Positions 28,511-39,235 of a DNA stretch of 64,000 nucleotides are shown here, piece after piece. This DNA comes from an uncultured Clostridia bacterium. GTDB taxonomy: Bacteria; Bacillota; Clostridia; UBA1381; UMGS1253. The stretch spans positions 106 to 64,105 of the forward strand of contig CAKSHB010000005.1 in the NCBI GenBank assembly GCA_934456295.1, read 5' to 3'. The notes beneath the pieces are model-generated. The model ran no database searches. It was not told where the DNA came from and was given only the letters and a program-made list of their open reading frames with translations. Each line of letters opens with the position of its first letter. The first letter of the stretch is position 1. The translations under genes were made by a program, and so were the position numbers.

Positions 28511-29452
28511 TTATTTTTCGCCAAGCACAACGCCCGTTTCTATCTCATGCCCCATTATATAATCGCTCACCTTCATCATCTTTTTCCCCTCAAACTGTAC
28601 CGTCCGTATCAAAACAGCGCCGTTTCCGCAGGAAACCGTTATTCCGTCACGCGACACATCAATAATTGTTCCAAACTGCGCTTTTGAAATATTTTCGGCT
28701 ATGTTCGCAGTCCCTGCCTTCATCATTTTACCCTTATAGTATGTGTAGGCATACGGATACGAATTCATTCCGCGCACAAGATTTACTATACTTTCAGCGT
28801 CGGCGCTCCAGTCGATAAGCGCCGTAATTTTATCAATCATCGGCGCATAACAGCTTTTGCTGTCATCTTGCTTTTCGGCACATATTTTCCCTTCCTCTGC
28901 CATGTGCAGTGTTTCGACAATCGCCTCTGCACCAAGCTCCATCAGCTTGTCATGAAGTGTTGACGCCGTTTCATCCTCTGCAATATCCACACTTTTTTTG
29001 AGTATCATATCGCCCGTGTCAAGCCCTTTTTCCATATACATCGTCGTAACGCCGGTCTGTTTTTCGCCGTTTATTATGCTCCATTGTATCGGTGCGGCTC
29101 CCCTGTATTTCGGCAAAAGCGACGCATGCACGTTAATACAGCCGTATTTCGGATATCCGAGCACATATTCGGGCAATATTTTGCCGTATGCCACAACTAC
29201 TATCACATCGGGTTTAACTGTGTCAAGCACCTCCCGAAGCTCGCCGTTTTTTATGCTCTGCGGCTGATATGTGACTATGCCGTGTTCTTCGGCATACTCA
29301 TGAACCGCCGTCATGCACAGCTTATGTCCTCTGCCTTTCGGTCTGTCCGGCTGACTGACTGCCGCCGCAACATCAAGCCCTGCCTCGCATAAGGCGCGCA
29401 TGCACCCCACCGCAAACTCGGGCGTACCCATAAACAATACTCTCATAGCCAA
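28511..29452 (-). CDS. fmt: Methionyl-tRNA formyltransferase
   Basis: MRVLFMGTPEFA, HASLLPKYRGAAPIQW. Confidence 0.95.
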   Translation of the reverse strand: MAMRVLFMGTPEFAVGCMRALCEAGLDVAAAVSQPDRPKGRGHKLCMTAVHEYAEEHGIVTYQPQSIKNGELREVLDTVKPDVIVVVAYGKILPEYVLGYPKYGCINVHASLLPKYRGAAPIQWSIINGEKQTGVTTMYMEKGLDTGDMILKKSVDIAEDETASTLHDKLMELGAEAIVETLHMAEEGKICAEKQDDSKSCYAPMIDKITALIDWSADAESIVNLVRGMNSYPYAYTYYKGKMMKAGTANIAENISKAQFGTIIDVSRDGITVSCGNGAVLIRTVQFEGKKMMKVSDYIMGHEIETGVVLGEK

Positions 29453-29510
29453 CCTCCGTATAAACTCAATCCTGTAATTTTAATATGCCGCATAAGCCGT
29501 TATATTTCGT

Positions 29511-29975
29511 TTAATCCTCGTCCTCAATATATTCCGTCACTTTATCGATAAACAAACCGCCGTCCAGATGGTCAATTTCGTGACACATCGCCTGTGCCAG
29601 AAGCTCTTCGCCTGTATACTCATGCACTTCGCCGCGCCTGTCCTGTGCCCTCACAACAACTTTTTCCGGACGCATTACATAGCCGCGTACGCCCGGAACG
29701 CTGAGGCACCCTTCCGCAACCTCATGTCCGCCGCTCTGTGAGATTATTTCGGGGTTTATAAGCTCAAGTTTTTCGCCCTCGTTTCGCGTATCGATTACAA
29801 CGGCGCGCTTTAAAATCCCCACCTGCACAGCCGCAAGCCCTACGCCGTTTGCGGCATACATTGTGTCATACATATCGTCCAAAAGCGCCGCAAGCTTTTC
29901 GTCGAACGCTGTAACCGTACGGCTCTTTTTTCTTAAAATTTCGTCCCCTTCTTCTCTTATAAATCTTATTGCCAT
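29511..29975 (-). CDS. def: Peptide deformylase
   Basis: [26 protein letters not shown]. Confidence 0.95.
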   Translation of the reverse strand: MAIRFIREEGDEILRKKSRTVTAFDEKLAALLDDMYDTMYAANGVGLAAVQVGILKRAVVIDTRNEGEKLELINPEIISQSGGHEVAEGCLSVPGVRGYVMRPEKVVVRAQDRRGEVHEYTGEELLAQAMCHEIDHLDGGLFIDKVTEYIEDED

Positions 29976-30085
29976 ATGTGTTTCCTCCCCAAAAGGCTGT
30001 TTATAACCAAAACAAAATTTAAAAACAAATATTTTCAGAAAAATCTGTTTTTAAAAAAGCCTCATTTTCAAATACAAAAGCCGGC

Positions 30086-32590
30086 TTATGCCGTACTGTT
30101 CGGATTTTTGTCAACCGAAATACTCACAAACCTGCTGTTTTCATCTTTTTGCATATTATCCTGCATATTTCTTAATATGTCATTAAGCCCGTCGGCACAT
30201 TCGCATTTTATAATTATTCTGTATCTGTATTTGTCTTTTATTTTCGATACAGACGATGCGGCAGGTCCGAGCAAAAGCGTTTTCTGTGCACACTTATCAA
30301 GTATTTTTCTTATTTGTGACGCGTATTTTTCTGCATACAGCCCCGTCACACGCTCATCTTTTCCGCTGAACAAAACTGTGACAATTTCGCAGAACGGCGG
30401 ATAATTCATGGCGCGTCTGAGCTGTATTTCCTCCTCATAAAATCCTTTATAATCGTGATTTTTTGCATGCACAACCGCACTGTGCTCCGGCGTATATGTC
30501 TGCACAATCGCGCGTCCCTCCATATCGCCGCGTCCGGCGCGTCCGCATACCTGCATTATAAGGTCAAACGTTCTCTCGCCGCTTCGGTAATCATCTGTAT
30601 ACAAAGATGAATCCGCCGCAATAACCCCCACAAGCGTCACGTTATGAAAATCAAGTCCTTTTGACACCATTTGCGTGCCTATAAGCACGTCTGTTTTTTC
30701 TTTTTCAAACTTTTCCAGGAGCTTTTTGTGAGCGCTTTTTGTGTTTGTCGTATCAAAATCCATACGAACCGTACTCACGCCCTCAAACTTCTTTTTAAGC
30801 TCCTCCTCAAGCTTCTGTGTGCCCGCACCGAAATATTTTATATATTTGCTGCCGCACTCGGGACATACGCTGTAATTCTCATGCGTATATCCGCAGTAGT
30901 GGCACATCAGACGGTTTGTGTATCTGTGATATGTCATCGATATGTTGCAATGCGGACATTTTGCAACATAGCCGCAGCTTCGGCACGAAACAAACGTCGA
31001 AAATCCGCGTCTGTTCAAAAACAGTATGCTCTGCTGCCCATGCTCTATGTTATAAAGCAGCTCATGCGACAGCATATCGCCGAACATCGTGCGGTTACCT
31101 TTTTCAAGTTCTTCGCGCATATCCGTCACATACACCGTCGGCAGCTTCTGCGAATTATAGCGCGTATTCATCTCAATCAGCCCGTATTCGCCCGTTTTTG
31201 CCTTATAATAGCTCTCTATGCTCGGTGTTGCCGACGCAAGCACACACACTGCCCCATGCTGTCCTGAACGAAACATCGCCGCATCGCGTGCATGATATTT
31301 TGGCGACATTTCCGATTTGTATGTGTATTCATGTTCCTCGTCAAGTATTATCACACCTATGTTGTCAAGCGGCGCAAAAACCGCGCTACGTGCCCCGACA
31401 ACAACCCTCGCACCGCCATGCTTTATCCTGCGCCATTCGTCATATCTCTCGCCGAGCGAAAGTCCGCTGTGAAGTATTGCAACACTTTCGCCGAAGCGTG
31501 ACACAAAACGCTTTGTCATAAGCGGTGTCAGCGATATTTCCGGCACAAGCACGATTGCCGTTTTGCCCTGTGAGAGCGCATGCTCTATGACGTGCATATA
31601 TACCTCGGTTTTTCCCGAGCCTGTAACGCCGTGTATCAGAAAGGTTTCGCTTTTGCCGCTGTCCATCGACGCACACAGCGTTTTCTTTGCACTTTCCTGT
31701 TCGGCGGTAAGCTCTTTGAACCCTTCGCGTTTTTGGTTATTTTCCGATTTTTCCTCCGCGGCAGGGTCGCGCATAACCTCTTCGTCATACAGCCGCACAA
31801 CGCCTTTTTTTTCAAGCGATACAAGCGCCGCATGCCCGGCAGATGCCGTTTGCAGCAAATCCGATACCGCAGCATGTTCCTTTGTACACAGCAAGTCGAT
31901 TATTTCCGCCTGTTTCGGCGCTCTTGAAGACAGTTTCTCCGCCATGCGCTGCGCTTCGCCCTTATCGATACAAAGCTTTGCAAACCGAACCGTTCTCGTC
32001 TTTATGTCAACCTTGCTGCGCTGAAAAGTTTTTACTACACCTGCTTTTTCAAGCGCGGTTATATGCGCACGTATCGGCATACCGCACATCAGCTCCAGCT
32101 TTTTTGCCTCTGCCTCTCCGCGCTCATTTTCAAGTATTTCAACTATTCTTCGCCGTATATCGGCTTCCTCTTGTTTTTTCGTACCGGCGCTGTTTTGCAG
32201 AGAAATCATACCGAAAAAATCTTCCGCCCCGTTTTCTGTCAGACAGACCCATTTTTCAAAATCGGTCCGAGTGCCTGTCGGCATGAGCAGGCGCACTGCC
32301 TCAATATAACTGCAAAGCGTCTTTTCGCGCAGCCACGCTATAAGCTGTGCTCCCTTTTCATCAAACGCATCTTCACCGTCGGCCGTGCCGGCTATGTCTT
32401 TCAGCCTTTTTGCGTCCGTATGGCTCTTCAGCTCAAACACATATCCTTCGCACAGCATACTGCGGACACCGAACGGCACAATCACGCGCCGCCCTATATG
32501 CATTTCACCGCACAGCCGCTTGGGTACGCTGTAGTCGAAAATTCTGTCAACCTGCTTTGCGGTTTTTGAAACGATAACACCGACAAACAT
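30086..32590 (-). CDS. priA: Primosomal replication-restart helicase PriA
   Basis: GVTGSGKTEVY Walker A, DEEH box, Cys-rich zinc region (CRSCGY...CPHC...CHYCG...CPECG). Confidence 0.95.
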   Translation of the reverse strand: MFVGVIVSKTAKQVDRIFDYSVPKRLCGEMHIGRRVIVPFGVRSMLCEGYVFELKSHTDAKRLKDIAGTADGEDAFDEKGAQLIAWLREKTLCSYIEAVRLLMPTGTRTDFEKWVCLTENGAEDFFGMISLQNSAGTKKQEEADIRRRIVEILENERGEAEAKKLELMCGMPIRAHITALEKAGVVKTFQRSKVDIKTRTVRFAKLCIDKGEAQRMAEKLSSRAPKQAEIIDLLCTKEHAAVSDLLQTASAGHAALVSLEKKGVVRLYDEEVMRDPAAEEKSENNQKREGFKELTAEQESAKKTLCASMDSGKSETFLIHGVTGSGKTEVYMHVIEHALSQGKTAIVLVPEISLTPLMTKRFVSRFGESVAILHSGLSLGERYDEWRRIKHGGARVVVGARSAVFAPLDNIGVIILDEEHEYTYKSEMSPKYHARDAAMFRSGQHGAVCVLASATPSIESYYKAKTGEYGLIEMNTRYNSQKLPTVYVTDMREELEKGNRTMFGDMLSHELLYNIEHGQQSILFLNRRGFSTFVSCRSCGYVAKCPHCNISMTYHRYTNRLMCHYCGYTHENYSVCPECGSKYIKYFGAGTQKLEEELKKKFEGVSTVRMDFDTTNTKSAHKKLLEKFEKEKTDVLIGTQMVSKGLDFHNVTLVGVIAADSSLYTDDYRSGERTFDLIMQVCGRAGRGDMEGRAIVQTYTPEHSAVVHAKNHDYKGFYEEEIQLRRAMNYPPFCEIVTVLFSGKDERVTGLYAEKYASQIRKILDKCAQKTLLLGPAASSVSKIKDKYRYRIIIKCECADGLNDILRNMQDNMQKDENSRFVSISVDKNPNSTA

Positions 32591-32631
32591 ACTTTCCTCC
32601 GAAATTTTTACACAAACACTCTATGCGGAGT

Positions 32632-32928
32632 TTATTCTTCCCCGCCGGATTTTTCCTCTTCAGCGCCTTTATCTGCCTCATCGGACGCCTCAATATCATC
32701 GCTAATATCTGCCGAATTCATGTAGTCAAAATAGTAATTCTTAGGACGTGCCGTTACTTTGCCTTCATTTATTTCATCAATTGCCTTCAGTATCGCCTCG
32801 TCAAATCTGCCCGAATATTCACCGTCACTCTCAGCACCGAGCTGGCGCGCACGGCGTGCCGTCAGAATGGCAAGCGAATATCTGGTTTTTGTTTTTTCAA
32901 CAAGTTTTGCAATAGGGGGATAAATCAT
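32632..32928 (-). CDS. rpoZ: DNA-directed RNA polymerase subunit omega
   Basis: SRYSLAILTARRARQL core with an acidic C-terminal tail. Confidence 0.85.
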   Translation of the reverse strand: MIYPPIAKLVEKTKTRYSLAILTARRARQLGAESDGEYSGRFDEAILKAIDEINEGKVTARPKNYYFDYMNSADISDDIEASDEADKGAEEEKSGGEE

Positions 32929-33593
32929 GAGTTACACACCTCTTCTATAAATTTTGTATTTCTTTCCACGCGGCAATGCTCCGCGTCGATTATTGCCTCA
33001 AGTCTGCCCGCCGCTTTGTCTATATCGTCGTTCAGCAGAATATAGTTGTATTTTTCGATATTTGTAAATTCCCATGCGGCACGGCTGAGCCTCTCGGCAA
33101 CAACCTCTGCCGGCTCGGTTCCTCGTTCCGTAAGCCTCTTTTTAAGCTCCTTCATCGACGGCGGCATAACAAAAACATATACGCCCTCGGGATATTTGCT
33201 GCGAACCTGCATTGCTCCCTGTACCTCAATTTCAAGGATTACGTTTTTGCCCTCATTCAGCATATCCTCAACCGCCTGTTTCGGCGTTCCGTAGTAATTT
33301 CCGCAGAAAACCGCGTGCTCAATAACGCCGCCTTCATCAATTTTCTTCCGAAATTCCTGCTCGCTTATGAAGTAATAGTGCACACCGTCAACCTCACCCT
33401 CGCGCGGAGAGCGCGTTGTTGCCGATACGGACAAAAACATGTCGCTGCGTCTTTCGAGCAGACGCTTGCATATCGTTCCCTTGCCCGCTCCCGACGGCCC
33501 CGACACAACAAGCAATATGCCTTTTCCGCCGTTCAGCGCGGCGCCGCTTTTTTTACATGCACAGCAATTTTTATCGTTTACAGCCTCATTCAT
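32925..33593 (-). CDS. gmk: Guanylate kinase
   Basis: [10 protein letters not shown]-loop, [20 protein letters not shown] 33593 overlaps the remA stop (ATGAATGA). Confidence 0.9.
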   Translation of the reverse strand: MNEAVNDKNCCACKKSGAALNGGKGILLVVSGPSGAGKGTICKRLLERRSDMFLSVSATTRSPREGEVDGVHYYFISEQEFRKKIDEGGVIEHAVFCGNYYGTPKQAVEDMLNEGKNVILEIEVQGAMQVRSKYPEGVYVFVMPPSMKELKKRLTERGTEPAEVVAERLSRAAWEFTNIEKYNYILLNDDIDKAAGRLEAIIDAEHCRVERNTKFIEEVCNS

Positions 33594-33858
33594 CGCCGTC
33601 GTCCTCCTCCGCTGCCGATGCCGCATTTCCGCTGAGCCTGTTTGCGACAGTTTCAGGCTGAAGCGCCGACAATATAATATGTTCGCTGTCCGTCACCACA
33701 ACGGCGCGCGTACGGCGGCCGAATGTTGCATCGATAAGCACGCCTTTGTCACGCGCCTCCTGCACAATACGCTTTATCGGCGCCGACTCGGGGCTTACAA
33801 TCGCTATAACGCGGTTTGCCGCCACTATGTTTCCAAAACCTATGTTTATAAGCTTCAT
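33586..33858 (-). CDS. remA: RemA/YlzA (DUF370) family regulator
   Basis: [30 protein letters not shown]...[13 protein letters not shown]. Highly conserved small protein. Confidence 0.85.
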   Translation of the reverse strand: MKLINIGFGNIVAANRVIAIVSPESAPIKRIVQEARDKGVLIDATFGRRTRAVVVTDSEHIILSALQPETVANRLSGNAASAAEEDDGDE

Positions 33859-33929
33859 TTTTCTCACATCCTTTGTTAAGCTGTATTCGGATAAACTGCA
33901 AATGAAATCAGTAAACAGCGCTTTTTGCG

Positions 33930-34808
33930 CTATTCTATGTTCTGTACCTGTTCGCGCATTTTTTCAAGCTCCGCTTTAAGCTCCACAACAATTTTTGCCG
34001 TTTCGATATCGTTTGCCTTCGAGCCTATTGTGTTTATTTCGCGGTTCATCTCCTGTATGAGGAAATCAAGCTTTCGTCCGGCAGGCTCACCCGACGACAA
34101 AATACCCTCAAGCTCTGTGAAATGGCTTCTCAGACGCACCGTTTCTTCATCAACCGCCACTCTGTCGGCATATATCGCCGCCTCGGTAAGTATTCTCGAT
34201 TCGTCTATATCTCTCGCCTCAAGAATTTCAAGCAGCTTGTTTGTGAGCCTCTGTCTGTATTCCTCCACACGCTGCGGCGACCGTTCCTCAACTTTCTCCA
34301 CGAGTGTAAGCATATATGCGGCGCGTGCTCTCACATCTGCCGCCATGCGCTCGCCCTCGCGTTCGCGCATCTGTATAAACTGTTCCGCCGCCGGCTTTAA
34401 TGCCATAAGAACTATCTGCCATATTTCGTCCGCATTTTCCTCTTTTCTCTCCGACTGGAAAATGTCGTTAAATCTTGCAACCGACGAAACGCTTATATCG
34501 TCTTTGAGCGAAAAATCATCGCGCAGCCTGCCCAGTGCCTCAATGTAGCTCTGCGCAAGCGCACCGTTCAGTATAATCTGCCTGTCGCTGTCGCCGTAGC
34601 TTTCCACCGATATGTATACATCAACTTTGCCGCGGCTTATATACTGTGATACATATTTTCGTACCATATCCTCCAGAAATCCGTAGTAACGCGGTACTTT
34701 TATGCTATAATCCGCGTATCTGTGATTTACCGAGCGTATCTCCGCAACAACCCTTTTTGTGCCGAATATTCCCTCGGTATGACCGTATCCCGTCATGCTT
34801 TTAACCAA
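33930..34808 (-). CDS. yicC: YicC/YloC family stress-induced protein
   Basis: KSMTGYG N-terminus and C-terminal DUF1732 pattern ([12 protein letters not shown]...[14 protein letters not shown]). TTG 34808 lies 6 nt after GAGGTG; the track ORF extends 126 nt further upstream. Confidence 0.85.
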   Translation of the reverse strand: MVKSMTGYGHTEGIFGTKRVVAEIRSVNHRYADYSIKVPRYYGFLEDMVRKYVSQYISRGKVDVYISVESYGDSDRQIILNGALAQSYIEALGRLRDDFSLKDDISVSSVARFNDIFQSERKEENADEIWQIVLMALKPAAEQFIQMREREGERMAADVRARAAYMLTLVEKVEERSPQRVEEYRQRLTNKLLEILEARDIDESRILTEAAIYADRVAVDEETVRLRSHFTELEGILSSGEPAGRKLDFLIQEMNREINTIGSKANDIETAKIVVELKAELEKMREQVQNIE

Positions 34809-35102
34809 TTTATTCACCTCAAACCGCCGTATCTGCGGCAGCAATGTCTGAACCCATGCCGCCAACGGCTTTTTTAACAACATATTTTTTATAATGTTTT
34901 CGTCAATCACAAATGCGCTTGCATTTGGTAACATATACGGTAAATATTATAACACAACCGCTTAAAAATTGCAACCGATTTGAACTTTTTTAGCTATGTA
35001 TTGTCTTTTATATTGATTTTTTGCAAAAATTGCAGTATAATTCAATTAGCAGGTATTTTTCGGGCATATATTTTTAATTTGTTGTAATAAATTTCATGTC
35101 AG

Positions 35103-35948
35103 GTGGTGTTTGCCGTGTCAAATTTTACAAAGGTTTCCCTCGAAGGAGATACAATTACTTTTTACAACACCGATTCAGACATAAACTCGCTTTTTGAAAT
35201 AAAATATGTCGGATATACAAATCCCGACTCCGCACAGTCTATTTCTCGTGAAGGCTCATCGCCCTCAACCTCTGTCGAATATGTGCTGAGCGGCAAAGGA
35301 TATCTGACCGCAAACGACAAAAAATATTCCTTTGCGGCAGGCGACTGTATACTTATGAAGCACCATTCCCACTATAAACTTGACCCCGATGAAACAGACC
35401 CGCCCGAAAAAATATGGATATGCGTGCTCGGAACTCTTCCGGACATTCTTATGGACGCATACGGGCTGAACGGAGATACCCTTATTTCTCATGCGGACAT
35501 AAAAGACGAACTTATGCAAATACATTCCATCGCAAAACAAAATATGGACACTGCCGCTGCGGCGCCGATTTTTCATTCCGCTGTAATAAAAATGTCTGCC
35601 GCTCTCGGGAATATGCCGAAAACAGCCGGAAAAAGCGAAATTTCGGAAAAAGTATACGAAATTATAAACAAAAACGTTTTCGGCGATTTATGCTTAGATG
35701 ACATTGCGGCAAAATTTTTTATGAGCAAAGTGCAGCTTATACGTGTATTCAAGCATGATTTCGGCGTTACTCCGTACAGATATTTTCTTGTGAGGAAAAT
35801 TGATGTGGCAAAAGAGCTTCTGCGCGATACAAATATGTCTGTAAAATCTATCGGCGAAAAACTCAGTTTCAGCGATGAACACTATTTTTCAAAAATATTC
35901 AAACGCATTGCCGGAACACCCCCCGGAAAATACAGAAAAAAGCTCTGA
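35103..35948 (+). CDS. AraC family transcriptional regulator (no obvious target gene)
   Basis: C-terminal double HTH (LDDIAAKFFMSKVQLIRVFK..., VKSIGEKLSFSDEHYFSKIFKR). Confidence 0.85.
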   Translation: MVFAVSNFTKVSLEGDTITFYNTDSDINSLFEIKYVGYTNPDSAQSISREGSSPSTSVEYVLSGKGYLTANDKKYSFAAGDCILMKHHSHYKLDPDETDPPEKIWICVLGTLPDILMDAYGLNGDTLISHADIKDELMQIHSIAKQNMDTAAAAPIFHSAVIKMSAALGNMPKTAGKSEISEKVYEIINKNVFGDLCLDDIAAKFFMSKVQLIRVFKHDFGVTPYRYFLVRKIDVAKELLRDTNMSVKSIGEKLSFSDEHYFSKIFKRIAGTPPGKYRKKL

Positions 35949-35972
35949 CACAGCCGGCAGCATGTGCACGGT

Positions 35973-35988
35973 GCACAATATATTGTGT
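35973..35988. promoter_or_regulatory. NrdR-box-like palindrome upstream of nrdD
   Basis: GCACAATATATTGTGT contains the perfect 14-bp palindrome CACAATATATTGTG. It resembles the published NrdR box consensus acaCwAtATaTwGtgt. Confidence 0.45.
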
Positions 35989-36114
35989 CTGTAATCTAAA
36001 TTTAACAAAATTATATACGATATATGATTTCATAAGAAAAACGGCGAAAACATGAGCTTTATAATGAATATATATATTTTTTGCCTGTTTTTCAGCCTTG
36101 ATACGTTTTTTTTG

Positions 36115-36150
36115 TGTGGTACAATAGATATTACTAAATATTGTACCACA
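36115..36150. repeat. Perfect 12-bp inverted repeat with a 12-nt spacer upstream of nrdD
   Basis: TGTGGTACAATA-gatattactaaa-TATTGTACCACA, 73 nt before the nrdD ATG. Confidence 0.7.
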
Positions 36151-36222
36151 TTTTATTTTTTACATTTTTTCATACAATATAGAGCGGAATATAAACAAAT
36201 TATACCGGGAGGGGATTTAAAA

Positions 36223-38310
36223 ATGATTTCGGCAGTAAGAAAAAGGGACGGGCGGCTCGAGAAATTTTCGCCCGAAAAAATTACATGGGCAATTTTTAAG
36301 GCAGCAAACGCTGTCGGCGGAAATGATTTTGAAAAGGCGGAGGGGCTTTGCAGACAGGTCAGCGAACAGCTCGACAAAAAATACACAAACTGCACTCCCG
36401 ACATCGAATCAATACAGGATATCGTCGAAAAAGTTCTTATCGAAAACGGTCACGCTCAGACCGCAAAGGCATACATACTTTACCGCGAAAAGCGCAAGGG
36501 TGCGCGTGAAATAAATGCGCTTATAGGCGCAACAATCGATATGTTCTCCGACTATCTCGGCGACAAAGACTGGCACATTCAGGAAAATGCCAACACGCAG
36601 AAGAGCATAAACGGACTCAACAACTATGTGCGCGAAACTTTTACAAAAAAGTACTGGCTTCATGAGATATATCCCGACGAAGTGCGTGAGGCGCATGAAA
36701 ACGGCGATGCGCATATTCATGACCTCGGCTTTTTCGGTCCGTACTGTGCCGGCTGGGATTTGCGCCAGCTTCTTACAGACGGCTTCGGCGGCGTATACGG
36801 CAAGGTTGAAAGCGGTCCGGCAAAGCATCTGCGTTCATTCCTCGGTCAGATTGTAAACTCTACCTTCACCACACAGGGCGAAACTGCGGGCGCACAGGCA
36901 TGGTCGAGTTTTGACACATACTGCGCTCCGTTTATCCGCTATGATAATATGACATATGAAATGGTGCGCCAGTGCTTGCAGGAGTTCATTTTTAACATAA
37001 ATGTTCCCACGCGCGTCGGCTTCCAGTGCCCGTTCTCAAACCTCACTTTTGATATCAAGGTTCCTTCAACGCTGCGCGATGACAACGTAATAATCGGCGG
37101 AAAGCTTATGGCTGAAAAATACGGCGATTTCCAGAAAGAGATGGATATGTTCAACAAAGCGTTCTGCGACGTAATGCTTGAGGGTGACTCAAAGGGAAGA
37201 GTTTTCACCTTCCCCATTCCCACAATCAACATCACAAAGGATTTTGACTGGGACAGCGATGTTGTTGACTCATTCATGGAAATTACATGCAAATACGGCA
37301 TACCGTACTTTGCAAACTATATAAACTCAGACCTGTCACCCGAGGACGCGGTATCCATGTGCTGCCGTCTGCGCCTTGATACGACCGAACTGCGCAAACG
37401 CGGCGGCGGTCTGTTCGGTTCAAACCCCATGACAGGCTCTATCGGCGTATATACCATAAATCTGCCAAGAATAGGCTATCTCTCCTCTTCTATGAGCGAG
37501 TTTAAGGCAAGACTCTGGAAACTTGTTCAAATCGGCAAAACCTCGCTTGAAATCAAGCGCAAAATCATTGAGGATCAGTCCGAAAAGGGACTTTATCCCT
37601 ATGCAACACACTATCTGCGCAACATAAAGGCACGCACGGGCGAATACTGGTTCAACCATTTTAACACAATCGGAATTGTGGGTATGAACGAAGCATGCGA
37701 AAACTTTATGGGCAAAGATTTGACAACTCCCGAAGGTCAGCAGTTCGCGCTCGAAATAATGCATTACCTGCGCGAACAGATGATTGAAATACAGCAGGAA
37801 ACAGGTCATTTCTACAACCTTGAGGCAACTCCTGCCGAGGGAACGTCATACAGAATGGCTGAAATGGACAAAAAACGCTATCCCGACATCATCACGGCCG
37901 GCGGCGACGTACCCTATTACACAAATTCCTCCCAGCTTCCCGTCGGCTATACCGATGATGTGTTTGAGATGATGGAGCTTCAGGACGAATTGCAGTCGCT
38001 GTATACGGGCGGTACGGTTCAGCATTTGTATCTCGGTGAAAAAATTGATGACATTGAGGTGTGCAAAAACCTCATAAAGAAGATTTTCACACGCTATAAA
38101 ATGCCGTATATCTCGATTACGCCGACCTTCAGCATATGCAACGAACACGGTTATATCGCCGGCGAACACTTTAAATGCCCCGAATGCGGAAAGGACGCCG
38201 AGGTATGGTCGCGTGTTACGGGCTATCTGCGTCCTGTTCAAAACTACAACATCGGCAAAAAACAGGAGTATAAGGACAGAAAAATGCTTGTTGTTGAGAA
38301 AAAAGCGTAA
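36223..38310 (+). CDS. nrdD: Anaerobic ribonucleoside-triphosphate reductase
   Basis: ATP-cone N-terminus (VRKRDGRLEKFSPEKI), C-terminal zinc ribbon (CNEHGY...CPECG), glycyl-radical motif RVTGYLRPV. ATG 36223 behind GGGAGGGG; the track ORF starts 171 nt too early. Confidence 0.95.
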   Translation: MISAVRKRDGRLEKFSPEKITWAIFKAANAVGGNDFEKAEGLCRQVSEQLDKKYTNCTPDIESIQDIVEKVLIENGHAQTAKAYILYREKRKGAREINALIGATIDMFSDYLGDKDWHIQENANTQKSINGLNNYVRETFTKKYWLHEIYPDEVREAHENGDAHIHDLGFFGPYCAGWDLRQLLTDGFGGVYGKVESGPAKHLRSFLGQIVNSTFTTQGETAGAQAWSSFDTYCAPFIRYDNMTYEMVRQCLQEFIFNINVPTRVGFQCPFSNLTFDIKVPSTLRDDNVIIGGKLMAEKYGDFQKEMDMFNKAFCDVMLEGDSKGRVFTFPIPTINITKDFDWDSDVVDSFMEITCKYGIPYFANYINSDLSPEDAVSMCCRLRLDTTELRKRGGGLFGSNPMTGSIGVYTINLPRIGYLSSSMSEFKARLWKLVQIGKTSLEIKRKIIEDQSEKGLYPYATHYLRNIKARTGEYWFNHFNTIGIVGMNEACENFMGKDLTTPEGQQFALEIMHYLREQMIEIQQETGHFYNLEATPAEGTSYRMAEMDKKRYPDIITAGGDVPYYTNSSQLPVGYTDDVFEMMELQDELQSLYTGGTVQHLYLGEKIDDIEVCKNLIKKIFTRYKMPYISITPTFSICNEHGYIAGEHFKCPECGKDAEVWSRVTGYLRPVQNYNIGKKQEYKDRKMLVVEKKA

Positions 38311-38361
38311 TCCGAGAAAAACAGCAGGTTGATAAAAAAGTATAATCACATAACAGCTTTC

Positions 38362-38400
38362 ATGCGGTCGCAAAACATACTGCGGCCGCATATTTTCACT
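38362..38400 (+). terminator. Hairpin between nrdD and nrdG (partial terminator or processing site)
   Basis: ATGCGGTCGC (38362-71) / GCGGCCGCAT (38382-91), followed by a weak T-rich tract. Confidence 0.4.
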
Positions 38401-38466
38401 TTTTGCTTTAATAATCGCTTTTATTTTAAATAACCGCCGTATGTAACGGCAGAACGGAGCTTTTTT

Positions 38467-39147
38467 ATGCAGATTGCAGGATTTGTACCAAACTCGTTTG
38501 TTGATTATCCCGGCAAAATCGCCGCACTGGTCTTTGCTCCGGGGTGCAATATGAACTGTGTCTACTGCCACAACTACCACCTTTTAAAGCGCGATGCGTC
38601 AAAGGTGCTATATAATCCGCGCTCCATACTTGCCGACCTTGAGCGCAAACAGGGGTTTGTCGATGCTCTTGTTCTCACAGGCGGCGAACCGACGCTGCAG
38701 CTGAAGCTTTCCGAATTTGCCGCAGAGGTGAAAAAGCTCGGTTTTCTCGTAAAGCTTGATACAAACGGTACAAATCCTCAGGTTATTTCGGACATGCTCG
38801 ATAAAGAGCTGCTCGATTACATTGCCATGGATTTAAAAGCGCCGTTTGAAAAATATGAGCAGGTATGCGGCAAAAGCGTTGATGTCGGAAAAATAAAAAA
38901 ATCCATCGAAATTATTATGTCATCTGGCATTGAAAACGAGTTCCGCACAACTTTTTGGCCAAAGCTTACAAAAGATGATATCCTTGAAACAGCGGGGTAT
39001 GTTATCGGGGCAAAACGCTATACGCTTCAGCAATACCGCAAAACCGAACGCACCGAAGATACCGAGCCTCATCAGCGCTCATATGTGGCGGAATGCGGCG
39101 AAGAGCTTAAAGATAAATTTGAAATTTTCCGCATATTGGGACTTTGA
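38467..39147 (+). CDS. nrdG: Anaerobic ribonucleotide reductase activating protein (radical SAM)
   Basis: FAPGCNMNCVYCHN cluster motif, GGEPTL. Confidence 0.9.
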   Translation: MQIAGFVPNSFVDYPGKIAALVFAPGCNMNCVYCHNYHLLKRDASKVLYNPRSILADLERKQGFVDALVLTGGEPTLQLKLSEFAAEVKKLGFLVKLDTNGTNPQVISDMLDKELLDYIAMDLKAPFEKYEQVCGKSVDVGKIKKSIEIIMSSGIENEFRTTFWPKLTKDDILETAGYVIGAKRYTLQQYRKTERTEDTEPHQRSYVAECGEELKDKFEIFRILGL

Positions 39148-39206
39148 TACATTATATCCAAACGTTATATATTTAACATAATATTATATTTTTGCAGATA
39201 ATTTTC

Positions 39207-39235
39207 TTGACACCGTAATATTAAAATGATACAAT
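39207..39235 (+). promoter_or_regulatory. SigA-type promoter of the GntR/PBP1 regulator gene
   Basis: TTGACA (39207-12), 17-nt spacer, TACAAT (39230-35). It leaves a leader of about 135 nt. Confidence 0.55.

Noticed and set aside
32591-32631. Expected coaBC between rpoZ and priA.
   Set aside because: Only a 41-nt gap is present, with no remnant frame. The gene is simply absent from this locus and has not degraded in place.
35989-36020. Possible second NrdR box about 31 bp downstream of the first (ACAAAATTATATACGA).
   Set aside because: It matches only about half of the consensus positions and is not palindromic. I do not consider it supportable.
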